In this document: piece after piece, positions 26,184-39,527 of the stretch
How the letters are laid out: each line of letters starts with the position of its first letter
How positions within the stretch are numbered: position 1 is the stretch's first letter
Assembly (NCBI GenBank): GCA_964035545.1
Contig: OZ037767.1
Location: forward strand, 26,676,628 to 26,740,627
Direction: 5' to 3'
Source of the DNA: Bugula neritina
Taxonomy: Eukaryota; Animalia; Bryozoa
Length of the DNA: 64,000 nt
The notes under the pieces: model-generated
The model's input: the letters and a program-made list of their open reading frames with translations, nothing else
What the model was told of the DNA's origin: nothing
Database searches by the model: none
Program-made: the position numbers and the translations under genes

Positions 26184-26630
26184 CCGTGTGAAATCAGCTG
26201 TTCAAGTCTATAATGTTGAGTAGTTGTCATGCTATTTAGAGTTAAATGGAGCGAAAAGACATTTTGTTCACATGTAGAAACCAACTGGCCTTACCTCAAT
26301 GGGCTATCCTTCGTGGGAATGCACCTGCCACTTGTAAGTTAGCTCTGATTGGTTGAAATTCAAGCGCTCCCTTTAAAAAACTGAAGTGATTGTTCATAGT
26401 TCCCACGGTGATGCAAACAATAGGACTTTGCAAGTGAGTGATTAAGCAACTTAGTTTATGTGGGGCCGGCCACTTTCCCTGCCATAAAACAGATAATAAT
26501 CTTTAGATAAAAAAATCTTGGCTAAATGGCTTTGGTGGAAGCCACACTAGTGGACTGGGGTGTGCCTTAACTGATTCACCCTTATACAAAACAACAATTC
26601 ACCTGCCATAATAGAGATACTGTGTGAAAA
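26184..26630. promoter_or_regulatory. Candidate Notch-responsive enhancer upstream of the HES gene
   Basis: Su(H)/CSL consensus CGTGGGAA at 26312-26319 and TTCCCACG at 26400-26407; E-box GCACCTGC at 26321-26328 and CACCTG near 26600; weaker YGTGTGAA sites near 26186 and 26621. Confidence 0.55.
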
Positions 26631-29409
26631 TTATTTGATGTATTATTATGACTATATGACTTTGTATCCTGAAGCCAAGCAGCAACATCTGATACAAGCC
26701 TAAGAACACCTGAATTATATTTTAATAATATCATATTTTCAATTTTCACTGTTACGTATGCAACAGTTTTAAATCAGTTACTCAAAGTACAAAATTATTT
26801 ATTTACCATTTTAAAAGTGGAGCAGGGCAAGTGCAACATGGGTCAGGGGGTCAAGTCCAGCTGATTAATCATGACAGCTGAGGTGTCTTTCAGCAAAAGC
26901 CCTCATGTCGGCTGGTAAGAAGCACGTTTACAAATCAAATTTTCATCATTTAAAAGCCAAATAAAGGTAAAAATACTGTAATCAGATTAATTTGTATTGG
27001 CTTTATCTATTACTAAAATTCTTAGATCCATTCCAATCTTCAAGAAATCAATAAATGTTAGTTTTACCCACCATGACTTGCCTGATACTGATGCATAGAA
27101 TACCTTTTGTTCGCATTTAATAAACTGCTGAGAACACATTTTTGTTTACAATACATGTCTTTTATAATTTGATACAATTGGCACATTTTTATTATTTTAT
27201 AAATATATAATCAAAAGCAGAGACTTGGGCATATTTTCTCCTGAGCTAAAGTAATCTAATTATATATATCAAAAAGAGTACAACAATCAGGCTGCTTAGT
27301 AACAAGATAATTGGCCCCTTACTGGTGGCGGTTATTTTATCTCAGCATCTACTATATTTGATTGTTATTTGAAAGTATTGAGGTAAGCCACTGTGACTCC
27401 TGTCAACTTCATATTCAGTCTCGGTCCTGCTGCGTGCCATGAGAACGCCATGCTGCAGTCAATCTGACATGTTCCTCGCTCACAATGGCAGCTAATTTAC
27501 CTGTTTGTCTTTATGTCAACTTGAAATACAGTTGGGAACTTACAATGCTACTTTGATAAACTAATTTGTAAGTAATAAATGTTCAGCTACTAGCTGAGTT
27601 AGTAAACTTTTCAGGAATAAATAATAAATAGTACATGCAGGCCACTAACTACATGGTTTTAAGCAACCAGCCTTTCCAAATCATAGTTGTTCACAATTAA
27701 TTTGACAGTTTGGCTATAATTCCTAAATTATAGTATATAGTATTATAGTATATACTGCAGCAGTAGCGGTGTGAATCACTGGACTATCTAAAGATTAGTT
27801 AACTTTTAGGAGTTGCATATATCTCTGTAGCACCAAGCATTTTGTTTAAATATAAACCATGTTTGTGAGTGTCCCTGTAGTAGTCCCTGTGTACCTATAA
27901 GCTTCCATTTGGTAGCTACTATCTTTACTGCTAACTAGTGTGATGACCATTTGTCTTAGAAAGTTTCCCATTAATTAGGAATTATATTTAGACAAAATAT
28001 TGCATAATTTCAATACCAGACAGAAGGTGAACACCTACTAGACAGTTATTATGTAACAGCATGTGGCAGAGCTGGTGAAACAGCTGTTGAACAATGTATC
28101 TAAGAATTTGAAAAAAGTTAGTAAGTAAGGAGCAAAGCAAGTAGACACCAAGGCTTGCAGAAGGTTGGTTGGAGAAAAGATGCTGATAATCTATAACAGT
28201 TGGCTGTTCAACCACACACTGCGATCTTCTACCTTTGATGTCAACTTTCAAAAAAGTAGTTTATTTGAAGATTTTTTTTACCTGGAATTCAACCCACAAG
28301 CCATTCGTAAATATAAATAAGTGCATTTTTATTCGTGCATCATCAATTAGTGTTGTTAATTGTTGTTTATGATCTAAATGTGGCCCCTAAAGCTCCATGC
28401 TTACTATAACAACACCGCCTTACACTATATGTAGAAGCATCCTTTGCTTTTATTTGCTGTTTGCACCTGAAGAAATCCTTTTATCTTGGCTTCTTGTTTG
28501 GTGATTAGATTCTGAAAAGATTAATGATGGCTGGATTTAATGCTAGGCACCACTGCACTACATGACTATCAGTAAATTAATGAGCTATTATTTCCGTTGT
28601 CATTAAAAAAAGAAATTAACATTCAATAACAATAGACTAATTATATTACTAACTATATTTTGTATTTTATTCAAGACAAATTTTGGGCTAATTGAACAAA
28701 TAATCAAAATAAGTGTGTTGAGTCTATGCATGAGTTTATAATGTCTGTATTGGCACATAACGGTATAATATTATATTTTAGTAATGTTTTATTTTGTTAA
28801 ACATGTGAAATGTAAATAATTATAACGCTACTAATATCTGGATAGTGGAAATAAGAAATACTCACTAGCATAAGCGTTCCAAAAATTTTGTGTTGTAGAA
28901 TTAAACAAAACTACCAGAAACTGCTTACTGCAATAATACCCAATTATTTTTAGTAACATGTAGCCCTATGATATATTTGCTAGATGCCAGAGTGTGTTTT
29001 ATAATTTAGGTGTTATTGGAAGCATTTTTGTTGCTTAGAAAGCCAGCTGTTGATGGCAATCAGTGTGGTGTGTACTACAGATTATGATTAGGAAGTTAGT
29101 TTACTTTGTGGCCTATATCTATTTCAAAAGAAGCCTCTTGTTTGTCAATTCTTTTGAACAGAATGGTGTAAGACTATTGAATAACTGCTAATCAGATTTA
29201 AAATACAAAGAGCTATGATCACCTATCAAGGCATCTCTGAATTTGAAGATAAATTACAGCAGTCAATTAATTGAAGAGAGCAACATTTGGTTCTGAGCTT
29301 AATCATAATCCTTTGAATTTGAACTACTACATTATCACAGCCTTGTTATCATAAGCAAATACGTTTAAAGAGCCTTAAGGGATTGTATCTGTTGGAATGC
29401 ATCGCGAAG

Positions 29410-29593
29410 CACGTGGGAATCTAAATATTCCCACACTTTTGCAAATCTGTGAAGTGTGTGAACACTATGCTCCATTGTTGACATTCGATCTGAACAAAGA
29501 TAACCATTGTTAGCAAGATTTTCTTAGAGCCACACTTATGGGCGGGGCTAAGATAGCCACTACTGTAATTTGTGGTTTTCTGCTGCTATATAA
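29410..29593 (+). promoter_or_regulatory. HES proximal promoter: inverted CSL pair, CACGTG, GC box, TATA
   Basis: CGTGGGAA 29412-29419 and TTCCCACA 29428-29435; CACGTG overlapping the first site; GGGCGGGGC 29540-29548; TATATAA 29587-29593, 100 nt before the ATG. Confidence 0.75.
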
Positions 29594-29686
29594 TGAAGGT
29601 GCTGGTTGATTTGGACACACAAATATTTCAGCCTCTTTATACAACATATCTGAATTAGCAAAATTGATAAATTTATTAGAACAGAA

Positions 29687-30758
29687 ATGGCGTTTGTACC
29701 AAAAAGCACTGGAGATGCAAAGATTAGACGAAAGGTACGTAAACACAAATTATGAGTTATCAGTTATGAAAACTTCTCTTTAGTTAAATAAACTGATAAT
29801 ATTTTATTTAACCTAAAATGTTAGTAATTAGAAAGGAGTAAAATTGGCTATTATCGAAATGTTTTTATTGTGAATTCTTATTTTACAGATAAACAAGCCT
29901 TTGGTAGAAAAGAAAAGAAGGGATAGAATTAATAATTATCTTGGTGAGTTGCACGAACTACTGACTGAAACGGATAAGTCTACACCATCAAGCAAGCTAG
30001 AAAAAGCCGATATTCTACAAATGGCTGTACATCACATTAGAAAGTTAAAACAAAAGTTGAGAGCCAAAGTAATAGGTGAGTGGAGTATAGAGTATATAGC
30101 CTACAGCTGGCTCTACATTAAGGATAGATGTGTAGTCATTATAGAACAAAGAGATTGGCTAGCACACTAAGTATTAACTTCTAAAAAATATAAGCTACAC
30201 AGCTATTTGCCTACAAGTGTAATTAATAATAATTTGTCATTCAGCATAATTTCCATACAGTTCTCGGTTAATCAAGATTCATCAACATAATACACAACAA
30301 TATGTGTGTGATCCACTGTGCATGTTTCAGTTATGTTTCTTAAACCAGTGTGTAATCTTACTAATGCAACTCTCAATTTCTTTATAGAATGTGGAGAGGA
30401 TTCTATGAGCTTAGAACAAATGAACAGATTGGGGCTTCTTCAACAAGACCCGCCTATTGTAAATTCTGGACTTGTTTTCCCCAATACCCTACAGATCAGA
30501 ATACCTAGTCCATCAGTTAGTCCTACACATAGCATTGGCTCGACTGGATACCCCTCCCCAACTCCTAGTCTACCAGGAAACTCTCAGTCTATATCGGATA
30601 GCACACCTAGCCATTTTCTACTTCCTCCTTTGCACAGAGTAGATAACTCCAACATGTATCTCTATACTAACAATGTTATGCCAAATACTATTGGAGTACA
30701 GGACAATAAATTTCACCACAGGGATATGAATACCACCAAGGTGTGGAGACCTTGGTAA
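29687..30758 (+). CDS. Hairy/Enhancer-of-split family bHLH repressor with WRPW, ~201 aa, 3 exons
   Basis: Exons 29687-29734, 29889-30075, 30388-30758; RRKINKPLVEKKRRDRIN...KLEKADILQMAVHHIR (basic-region Pro) and terminal VWRPW*. The paralog cannot be assigned. Confidence 0.93.
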
Positions 30759-31068
30759 TGTACACTGTGTCATGGTTTCAAAACTTATTATATATTTTTT
30801 TCAAAATATGCACCACTTCTATTATTTTAGCTGTCATTTGCTCAGAATAAATATTAATATCAAATGTCTAATATTCAGTTGAGTTTATAATGTAACAAAC
30901 AAAATCAAAATTTATATTATAACAAAACCTAAGTAAATATAATATAGCAACTGCACATTTAGAACATACATATATACAATTATTTTACAAGTTGATATTA
31001 TAAATATAATACATTCAAAATACCAGTCTATTGCAAAGCAATCTATCAAGTTTTTAGAGTATTATGTT

Positions 31069-34000
31069 TCAAGAAGTCATTGATGTAGTGTAAATATTAG
31101 TAGTGTCAGCTACAACTGTCATGTTACCAGTGGTAACTCCACAAGGTGCTACAGCACTGCCATCTGCTGTCACAGCATGCGTATCTACTAACACCCCATG
31201 AGTGACAACTTCCTCAGGTGCTAGTGTGATTTCGTCAGTAATAACTTCTCCAGGCTCCACAGTTGCGTCACCTTCCATAATTCCTTCAGTAACAACCTCT
31301 CCATTCATAATGACTGTTGTGCCACCAGTGACATATTCAGCAGGTGCTTCTATAACTCTTTCAGTGACAACTTCTCCAGGTGTCAGTGTAGCATCGTCAC
31401 TGACAAGTTCGCCAGACACTACAGTAACTCCCTCCGCCATACCACCAGAGCTTAGTGACACCAAAACTTGTGTAACTTCACTGGCATTCATTGAGCCATC
31501 CACTGTAATCATAGCCTGAATATTACTCATGTAATATTCACAGACAACTCACCGCTACACAGCATATTTCTATACACTAACTAAATACACGTGTATATAT
31601 GATGGCGGATTTGTGTTAGTACGTGGAATGTTTAAAGCAAACTTTGAAAAACGAAGTTTCCGAGCACATCTGGCATTTAAAATCACTTATTATGAAGATG
31701 TCTAAAGAATGTATCGTGTGCTAACCAAAAAGGTTTTCACAAATTGCTGCCCATTGGCAATAGAAATAACAAAGAAAACTAGCTTGCAGATAATGGATCC
31801 GATAGTCAGAAACTAATGGAGCTGCCACACTACAGTCGTTTTCGAGGCTAAGCGTTGACCTCTGTGATGTCACAACTGTCTGATTTCTGATAGCAACTGT
31901 CAGTTTTTCGTGATGCGATGAAAGTTCGACATGTCGAACGCTCAACTTCAGTGTTCAGCCAATCACTTACTGGCAGGTTAGCCCTGATTGGTTAAATGTT
32001 TTTACGTATTTTACGAGCTACTAGCGAGCATTATTATTTGATTTGGTTCTTCGAAAACTATATTATTATTTCACTTTTAAAATAATTATGGTGAAGTTAT
32101 GTATGAAAATCCTAATAAATTATGACAATAAGTATTTATTAGATGAATTTGGCTGGATTTTATCTGCATATTTAGTTTCTCCAATTCGGCTGAATTTTAT
32201 TATCGTATTTAGTTCTTTAGGCTACTGAATGAGCTTGAATAAAGCTAGGTAATCTCATTAAATAAAGCTAGTAATTTTGAATAATTTAAGCTAGTCAATT
32301 AGAATAAAAATAACTAGTAAATCTTATTAAATTATGCTAGTAAATCTCAATGAATTGCGGTAAATTTGATTGCTGGTTACTGTGGATATTGCAAAAACTG
32401 AGTTATGACATTCCTATTGGTTTAAAAGTTTACTGCGGGGCTAGAGACAGTTAGCGTACATCGTTTGTAGTGAACTGTAGTGTGACCAGCAAAAAGTAGG
32501 AAGTGACGTTGAAGGTATGCGTGAGCAACTCCAAAATGGCCGACTGTAGTGTGGCATGGGCATAATGCTATGGTAACTTTTGATGTACTACTATATGCAT
32601 TAATATTTTAATGTGTTCAAATTGCATTGTGCACTATTATTCTACCAGGTAAGTTAGCGATGGTAAAATGATAAATTGAAAAGTAGAATACACAGTTTGA
32701 GTAATATCACCTTGGTGATTTCTGATTAACTCTTCCATCTGTTCCTGTGTAATAACTTGTCCAACAATATTATCGTTAGAAATTATCTCTCTTGTTATTG
32801 AGTCATGTGACACCATCTCACCAGTGCTTGCGTGCTGCATAATCACCGTGTGCTGGTTTGCTTCGTCATACTAAAATGTAGAGGTATTACCAGAAGATAT
32901 ATTGAAGAATGAAAATTTATGAAACATAAATTAGAGTAACCAACAATGAGTAGGAACAGAAAGAGAGCAGCCGTGGTCTACGGGTTGGAGATCTTCTGTG
33001 TGAATAACAACTGAGTTGATATTTAGTCAATATTTACAGTACCCTTAGGCCAAGTAAGGAGCACCTGGGGTTAGAGTGTTGGCTTATTGAACACCAAGCC
33101 ATGGGTTCGAACCCCAGTAAAGGCGATTGGTGATGTTAGGAGGAGCATCCAGTCATAATTGCTCCTGTGCCCCATATGAATAAGCCCTTAGTTCGATTTA
33201 ACAAAAAAGCCTTTCCATTAGAATTTTTCACATGGATAATAGTGACTATAAACTTGCATGAGTTTAAGAATAAAATGACATGAATTATAACTTAGATTTT
33301 AAAAAACACATGTTCGTAAGTAAATGCTTCGCAAAACAATGTTGTCTCATTATAATTCTAGTATTATTCATTTTGCCTTAAATTACAGCTTATACACTTT
33401 AACAGTAGCCCTTACCTGCACTTGTGCCATGGCATCAATTACCACCTGTTGTCCATTTTCAGCTATTTGTAGATTATGTAAATCAGAATCATTAGGAATA
33501 ATCTCCACTTGTTCAGGTATTAGGCTGGTACTGGTTTCAGGAGTTACCTCCAACGTTACATTTTTATATTTGTGCACTAAAATAAAATAATGAGAAATGT
33601 AGGGTAAAACTAACACTGCACAGAACAAATTTTTGATGCTAGTGTTGTATTGTTACGCATGGTAACTGAACATAAACAACATTTAAAGAGCAACCCTGGA
33701 GAAAAAACTTGTAACTTTACTGACAGAAAGATACTGGTTTATTACATTTAAAACAAAAGTATAAAATAGACACAACCAGCAGCTATGCACTAAAAATAGT
33801 TACACGAGGTTAACCAAGACAGACAACTCCCAGTTATTAAGTACAGTAAAACTGTCTTTCAGTAATGATGTATGGATGGTACAATGGCTAACTACTATTC
33901 AACGTTATCAGGTATGATAATCAACATATGATAAATAATGGCTTGCTGAAGTCAGTACTGCTTTATAACTACATAGCTAGAAATGTTATCACTACTGCCA

Positions 34001-37000
34001 CCAATACTACTACTACCACCAGTACTACTATCACCACCAATACTACTACTACCACCAGTACTACTATCACCACCAATACTACTACTACCACCAATACTAC
34101 TATCACCAATATTACCAGTACTAATACAGAAACTAATGCTGCTGATACTACTACCACTAGTACTACAACCACTACCACTACTCCTATCAATACTTTTACT
34201 GCTACCACCAGTATTGCTTCAATCACTATTGCTGCTCATACTGCAACTAATGTCCAACTACTATTATAGTCATAACAAGTAGCTTTACCATAAACAGTAG
34301 CTTGCCTACCAACTTACCTAAAATCATATGCCGCTTCATTGATTTCTTGTGTGAAGTGGTAAACTTGCAGAAGCCACAACTGTACCAAGTGTTGGAATGT
34401 TTACCATTCATATGACCTCTGTACACATGCATAGTTTTGAATGCTCTGTTACAGATCTCACAAACGTATTGTTTAGTAGCTACAACAAGCAGTATGTACT
34501 CTAGTGACAAGAAAACCGGCCAATAGTCAGGGGTTTTACAACAGACTGGCCAATAGATTTAATATAAACCAGAAGATTGCATTACAAGAAACTCTAGGCT
34601 AGTGTAAATGACAAATTTTTGGCACAAACTCTCCATCTTTTGGTCACTTTCCTTTTTTAAATAATTGAGATAGGTGAAAAGCTAAAAGTTATTATTATAA
34701 TAAAAACACAACAAATAAGAAATTTTTAAATCAATTACATTTGCATAATATATAAGAAACTTTTAATCCTAGTATACATTATATATAAACAGATAAAATA
34801 CATTATTATACCTGTACATATAATATAACATAGTACCATAAGCATACATAATCCAATAATGAATATCATAACTTTATATTTTCTAGTAACAACCAGGAAG
34901 CCACAAGACTTACTAGCGTGAAGCTGACTGTGTTCACGAAGTTCGGCAGCATAAAAAAACTTCTTGTTACAGACTTGACACTCGAAGGTAGGAGTTCCGG
35001 TGTGCAGCTTGTATTTGTGCTGCCGCAGCATCTCGTTGGTCTTGTATGATTTTTGACAGAACTCACAGGTGTAAGGTCTAGCAGCTGTAACAGTATAGTA
35101 CACAGTCTAGCAGCTGTAACAGCATAGTACACAGTCTAGCAGCTGTAACAGTATAGTACACAGTCTAGCAGCTGTAACAGTATAGTACACAGTCTATTAG
35201 CTGTAACAGTATAGTACACAGTCTAGCAGCTGTAACAGTATAGTACACAGCCTAGTAGCTGTAACAGTATAGTACACAATCTAGTAGCTGTAACAGTATA
35301 GTACACAGTCTAATAGCTGTAACAGTATAGTACACAGTCTAGCAGCTGTAACAGTATAGTCCATAGTCTAGTAGCTGTAACAGTATAGTACACAGTCTAG
35401 TAGCTGTAACAGTATAGTACACAGTCTAATAGCTGTAACAGTATAGTACACAGTCTAGTAGCTGTAACAGTACAGTACACAGTCTAGCAGCTGTAACAGT
35501 ATAGTACACAGTCTAGCAGCTGTAACAGTATAGTCCATAGTCTAGTGGCTGTAACAGTATAGTACACAGTCTAGTAGCTGTAACAGTATAGTACACAGTC
35601 TAATAGCTGTAACAGTATAGTACACAGTCTAGCAGCTGTAACAGTATAGTACACAGTCTAGTAGCTTCAACACATGGTAAGACAACTCACTAGAATGTAC
35701 TTGCTGCTTATGACTATTCAACCTCCACGGTGTCACAGCCTTGTAGCCACACATGTCGCACACATACTTGGGTTTGTCGCACTCGGGCATCATTGACCTG
35801 CAAATGTTTCACATCACATTACCAGGCATGATGCATTAGACACCAATGCTACATTTGCAAATGATATTTGTCTTTAAAACTGCTTTTGACTCCGAATAAT
35901 CTGAAATTTCATTACTGCCGAAACAAAGCTGTAAATTGTAACGTCAATTAAATTTGCTACCATTATTATACACTACAGCATAAAATGTGATGAAATATCC
36001 AATGAGATACTGTCCATTAGCACGCTATGTGATTTGCAGAGGAGTTATAAGATACAACTTCGTAGATCTGCAAATATATGTACTTGTTGAACTCCTTTAT
36101 CTGCATATATGCAATCAGGGGATGCCGTGTAACTGGCAGATATCTGCTATCTGCAGAAAAACTCACATAAAAAGCTGCTATCTGCAGAAACACTCACATG
36201 TGAAACTTGAGAGCAGACGGATGTTTGAACTGCTTGTGACATTTGAGACATGAAACTGGTTCCAGAATCTTCGTGTGAGCTTTCATGTGACTCGAATGAG
36301 CTCTCTTACTTTTAAATACCTAAAGAGCAAATGTAAGCCATCAACATAATACATTTAGTGCAGTAAACGCACACAAAAAAGTATCATTTGCTGTTTATAT
36401 TTTAGAGAACTGATTGATGCACGTACCTTTTGACAAATTTCACAGGTTGTGGATTGTTGGGCTAAGTCAGCATGTGATTCAGACATGTGCAACTTAAGAG
36501 CCACTTTAGTTCGGTGCATCTGTAAACCACACAACACATGTCATCACATGTCAACACATGTCAACACATGTCAACATACACACAACTATAAGCACTATAA
36601 CAGTAGCAACTGGCATATAAATGGCTATTCCAACTACTAGCAAATAATTAAACTTGTGCACACAGGTTGAACAATTTCTATATAAAATATCACAGAACAG
36701 TACAGCACAACAAAGCAGCAGACATTTTGTCAAATACTTAGAACTTACAGAGTTACACCCAGGCACTTCACAAGTATAAACTTTAGGTGCTATGAGACTA
36801 CCATTGCCTGTCACAGCAGGTACTTGGTGCTGCTGTGTCATGTGTGCTCGCAGGCTGGCTATACTGCTATACAGAGTGTTACAGTCAGGCTTAGGGCAAG
36901 CAAACTCTTGAGTGGCTAGGTTCATGTGTATCTTGATCATGTGATCTCTCATCTTGTCAGCTGGAAGCACCTGTCAAAATGTGTCAATGTAAAGCAAATC

Positions 37001-39527
37001 CGCAAAGTTAATGCGTGTGACTAAGAAAGATATTATTTAGAATATAAAGTATGAATAGTACATTTTCCACTCACAGTAAAGCAGAGTTCACACATGCTGG
37101 ACTGAGTATGTAGGGGGGTAGAAAGATGTCCGCCTGTGTTGCCTACAATAAAAACGAGAAACTTATTCTACTTAAAGTTCCATGTCTACTTTATATCATG
37201 TCAACAGCTTTTATACACTACTGACCATTTTGCTGTGCAAATTCATCACTGAAAGCTTCCAGGCACACTTCGATGTGCGTAGCATCGTCAACATGATTCA
37301 ACTTATCAACAAACTCAGGCTCTCTGGCCAATAGGCCTGAGGCATCCACAACTTGTTGACTCACGTCAATCTGAGTATTTCTAGAGATCAGCTGATTCAT
37401 GTCTGCAACATCAGTCTTCCGCACGCTGTCCTAGTAAATGAGAAACAAATAGTAAAATACCTCTCAAGACTCATCAGTGCAATTAGTTGACTTGCACATA
37501 AAATATCACCAAGTTGCTCATTTATAAGAAGACAATTATTTTTGAAAAACAGAGACAAAACATTGCTAGCTATAACACACACTTAAAATAATTATAGTGA
37601 ACAACACATAAAACTATTAATAATATAGAAACACGAAGCACAGAGTCTGTTCTGTATGATTCAAGTACACCCCTTTGCCCATTATTTGAATTAAGGCCCT
37701 CTATTAATTCATTGTAGCAGATGTATGAAAATTTAGCAAGTAATTCTTACGAAGACGTAAAAATGTGATATTTATTGATATTATACTTGAGGCAAGTGCT
37801 AAAAACTACTTACCTGGCCCGGAAATTGAGGGTGGGTAATATCAGGCCCAGTCTGACTAACTACACTCGGAAGATCTGTGCCAGGTTTACTAGGAATATC
37901 AAACAAACTTTGATTCAACTCACTCTCATTCAAACCCTCGTGCTCTATTGGACTTGATAGTGCTACCTGTAAATTACGATAAAGTACTTAGGGAGCACAA
38001 CTCCAGTGTTTCAATTTCATAATTGAGTAATAAATTAGCAGTATGCAAATGGTTCCACTTAAATCATGTTAAGTTCAACTTATAACCGATATATATATGT
38101 TGAAGGTAAATGTCATAAGTCATTGAAGAAATCTTTAAACTTTGATGGCAATCATGTGAATGTGTGTCTAGAGATAATCCCCACCTGTATGCTCTCACTC
38201 CACTAGTAGATTATGAGGCCTAACTTATTCAATTGTCTCTAGAGCAAATATTATTTAATACAGTTTTGCAAATACTAATTAAGAAAACCCTGAATAATCA
38301 AATGATCAAATATAGGTGTCTATTTAAATTCAGTGTGATAATTATTACATTAGCAAGTGATGGGAGCGTATATATTGAATAAAATTGAACCAATCAGCTA
38401 ACCACTTTGTTTGAGATGTAGTCATCTATTCGAGCTATTTTGACACTTTCTCTTTCATTGCTTTTACCATTAGTATTGTTTCTTTTCTCTTCTCTCAATA
38501 GCTATAAAAATATATTATACGAGTTAAAAAGTACGAGTTAAGAGCATGATATTCCGCAGTATTGTATTGTATTGCCTTACTGAAAATGTAAAGGAAGGCA
38601 TTAAATATGACACTAGACTTTCACACTCACATTGTCCAGCTCTCTGTCATCATGAATGTAAAGATCACTGTTTGGTCGTTTAACTGACCTTTGACTTCGC
38701 CGACCAGTGCTATTGGCAGACATCTTACTGGTAACTCCGACACTACAACAGACAATAAGTATCATACTTCAACCTGCTCCATGGTGTACACCAATCACAA
38801 CCTTATCAGCTGTATACTGTGATGGGTCACCTTTAGTTGAAATTAGAGATGCGGTCTTCCCTTACCTTGGCTGGCTATTTTCTTCAGTCTCTTCCCATTC
38901 AGATGACTTTCTAGCTTTCGAGCCTTTAGGCCTCCCTCTATTTCTCTTTATGGTTATTCCAACACTATCTCTGTGTACATTCATGTGGTTTTCCAACTCT
39001 AAATTATATATATACAAAAGTTTCATTTTGCTACACAAACTTCAAGTTATATGTTTACGTCTAAATTGGGGCAACTTATAAAAAACCTAATGTGCAAAAC
39101 TAACAATATTACAGATATTTCTAAAATATTTTCTATATCAAACCAAACACTACGCTAAAATACAAAATTGGATAGTTTTGGAAATGATATCAGGTAATTA
39201 CATCAGGTTTTCAAATACCTGCCATAAAAAGCTGCTTCACACATACAACGATTAACTAATAATATTTTGCGTAAAGTAGGGATATAGTAGGAGCTACAAA
39301 CCTCGAGTTGTCGCGTATTGGTCACCACAAAGACCACAAACCATTGGTAGACGAAATGGATCTGACTTGAGAATGACGACAGAACTTTGAGAGGAATGAT
39401 CCGTACTTTCAACATAGTCATAAGTGGCATCTGCAGCAGGAGCTGCCTCCATCACACTCTCACCCTCAAAATTAGGGCCAGTAGATAGGCTCTCTTGCAT
39501 AGATGTGTCCACCAAAACACCTTCCAT
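31069..39527 (-). CDS. AT-hook plus multi-C2H2 zinc-finger protein with acidic/Val-rich C-terminus
   Basis: Start MEGVLVDTSM at 39527; AT-hook KRNRGRPKGSK near 38920-38950; about 11 fingers (e.g. CPKPDC..H..H, CDMCGYK..H..H, YTCEFCQKSYK..H..H, FECQVCNKKF, YVCEICNRAF, CGFCKF); last exon approx. 31069-31554. Some internal boundaries are uncertain. Confidence 0.85.
31823..32556. mobile_element. Putative non-autonomous DNA transposon/MITE relic in the last zinc-finger intron
   Basis: Perfect 16-bp inverted repeat TGCCACACTACAGTCG (31823-31838) / CGACTGTAGTGTGGCA (32541-32556); no clear target-site duplication or coding capacity. Confidence 0.6.
32968..33200 (+). mobile_element. Degenerate tRNA-derived SINE-like sequence
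   Basis: A-box-like GTGGTCTACGGGTTGG near 32973, B-box GGTTCGAACCC near 33104, then a non-tRNA body; the head appears interrupted. Confidence 0.5.
33990..34265. repeat. (ACT/ACC/AAT) trinucleotide-based repeat, intronic
   Basis: actactaccaccagtactactatcaccaccaat-type units between zinc-finger exons. Confidence 0.85.
35077..35666. repeat. 29-bp minisatellite (20 copies) made of the splice acceptor plus first 8 exon nt of the zinc-finger gene
   Basis: Unit tctagcagctgtaacagtatagtacacag from 35077 to 35657; sense CTGTGTACTATACTGTTACAG|CTGCTAGA; the authentic acceptor at 35085 is the last sense-strand copy. Confidence 0.95.
36533..36577. repeat. 10-bp tandem repeat next to an acceptor
   Basis: cacatgtcaa about 4 copies, ending about 12 nt from the AG near 36520. 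Confidence 0.75.

Noticed and set aside
23300-29400. Hidden gene in the long intergenic region
   Set aside because: No phase-consistent exon chain found; better explained as HES regulatory DNA, although a lncRNA cannot be excluded.
31202-31519. Ser/Thr-rich plus-strand ORF
   Set aside because: Antisense shadow of the zinc-finger last exon.
33928-34282. Mucin-like poly-Thr and poly-Val ORFs
   Set aside because: Translations of an intronic trinucleotide repeat.
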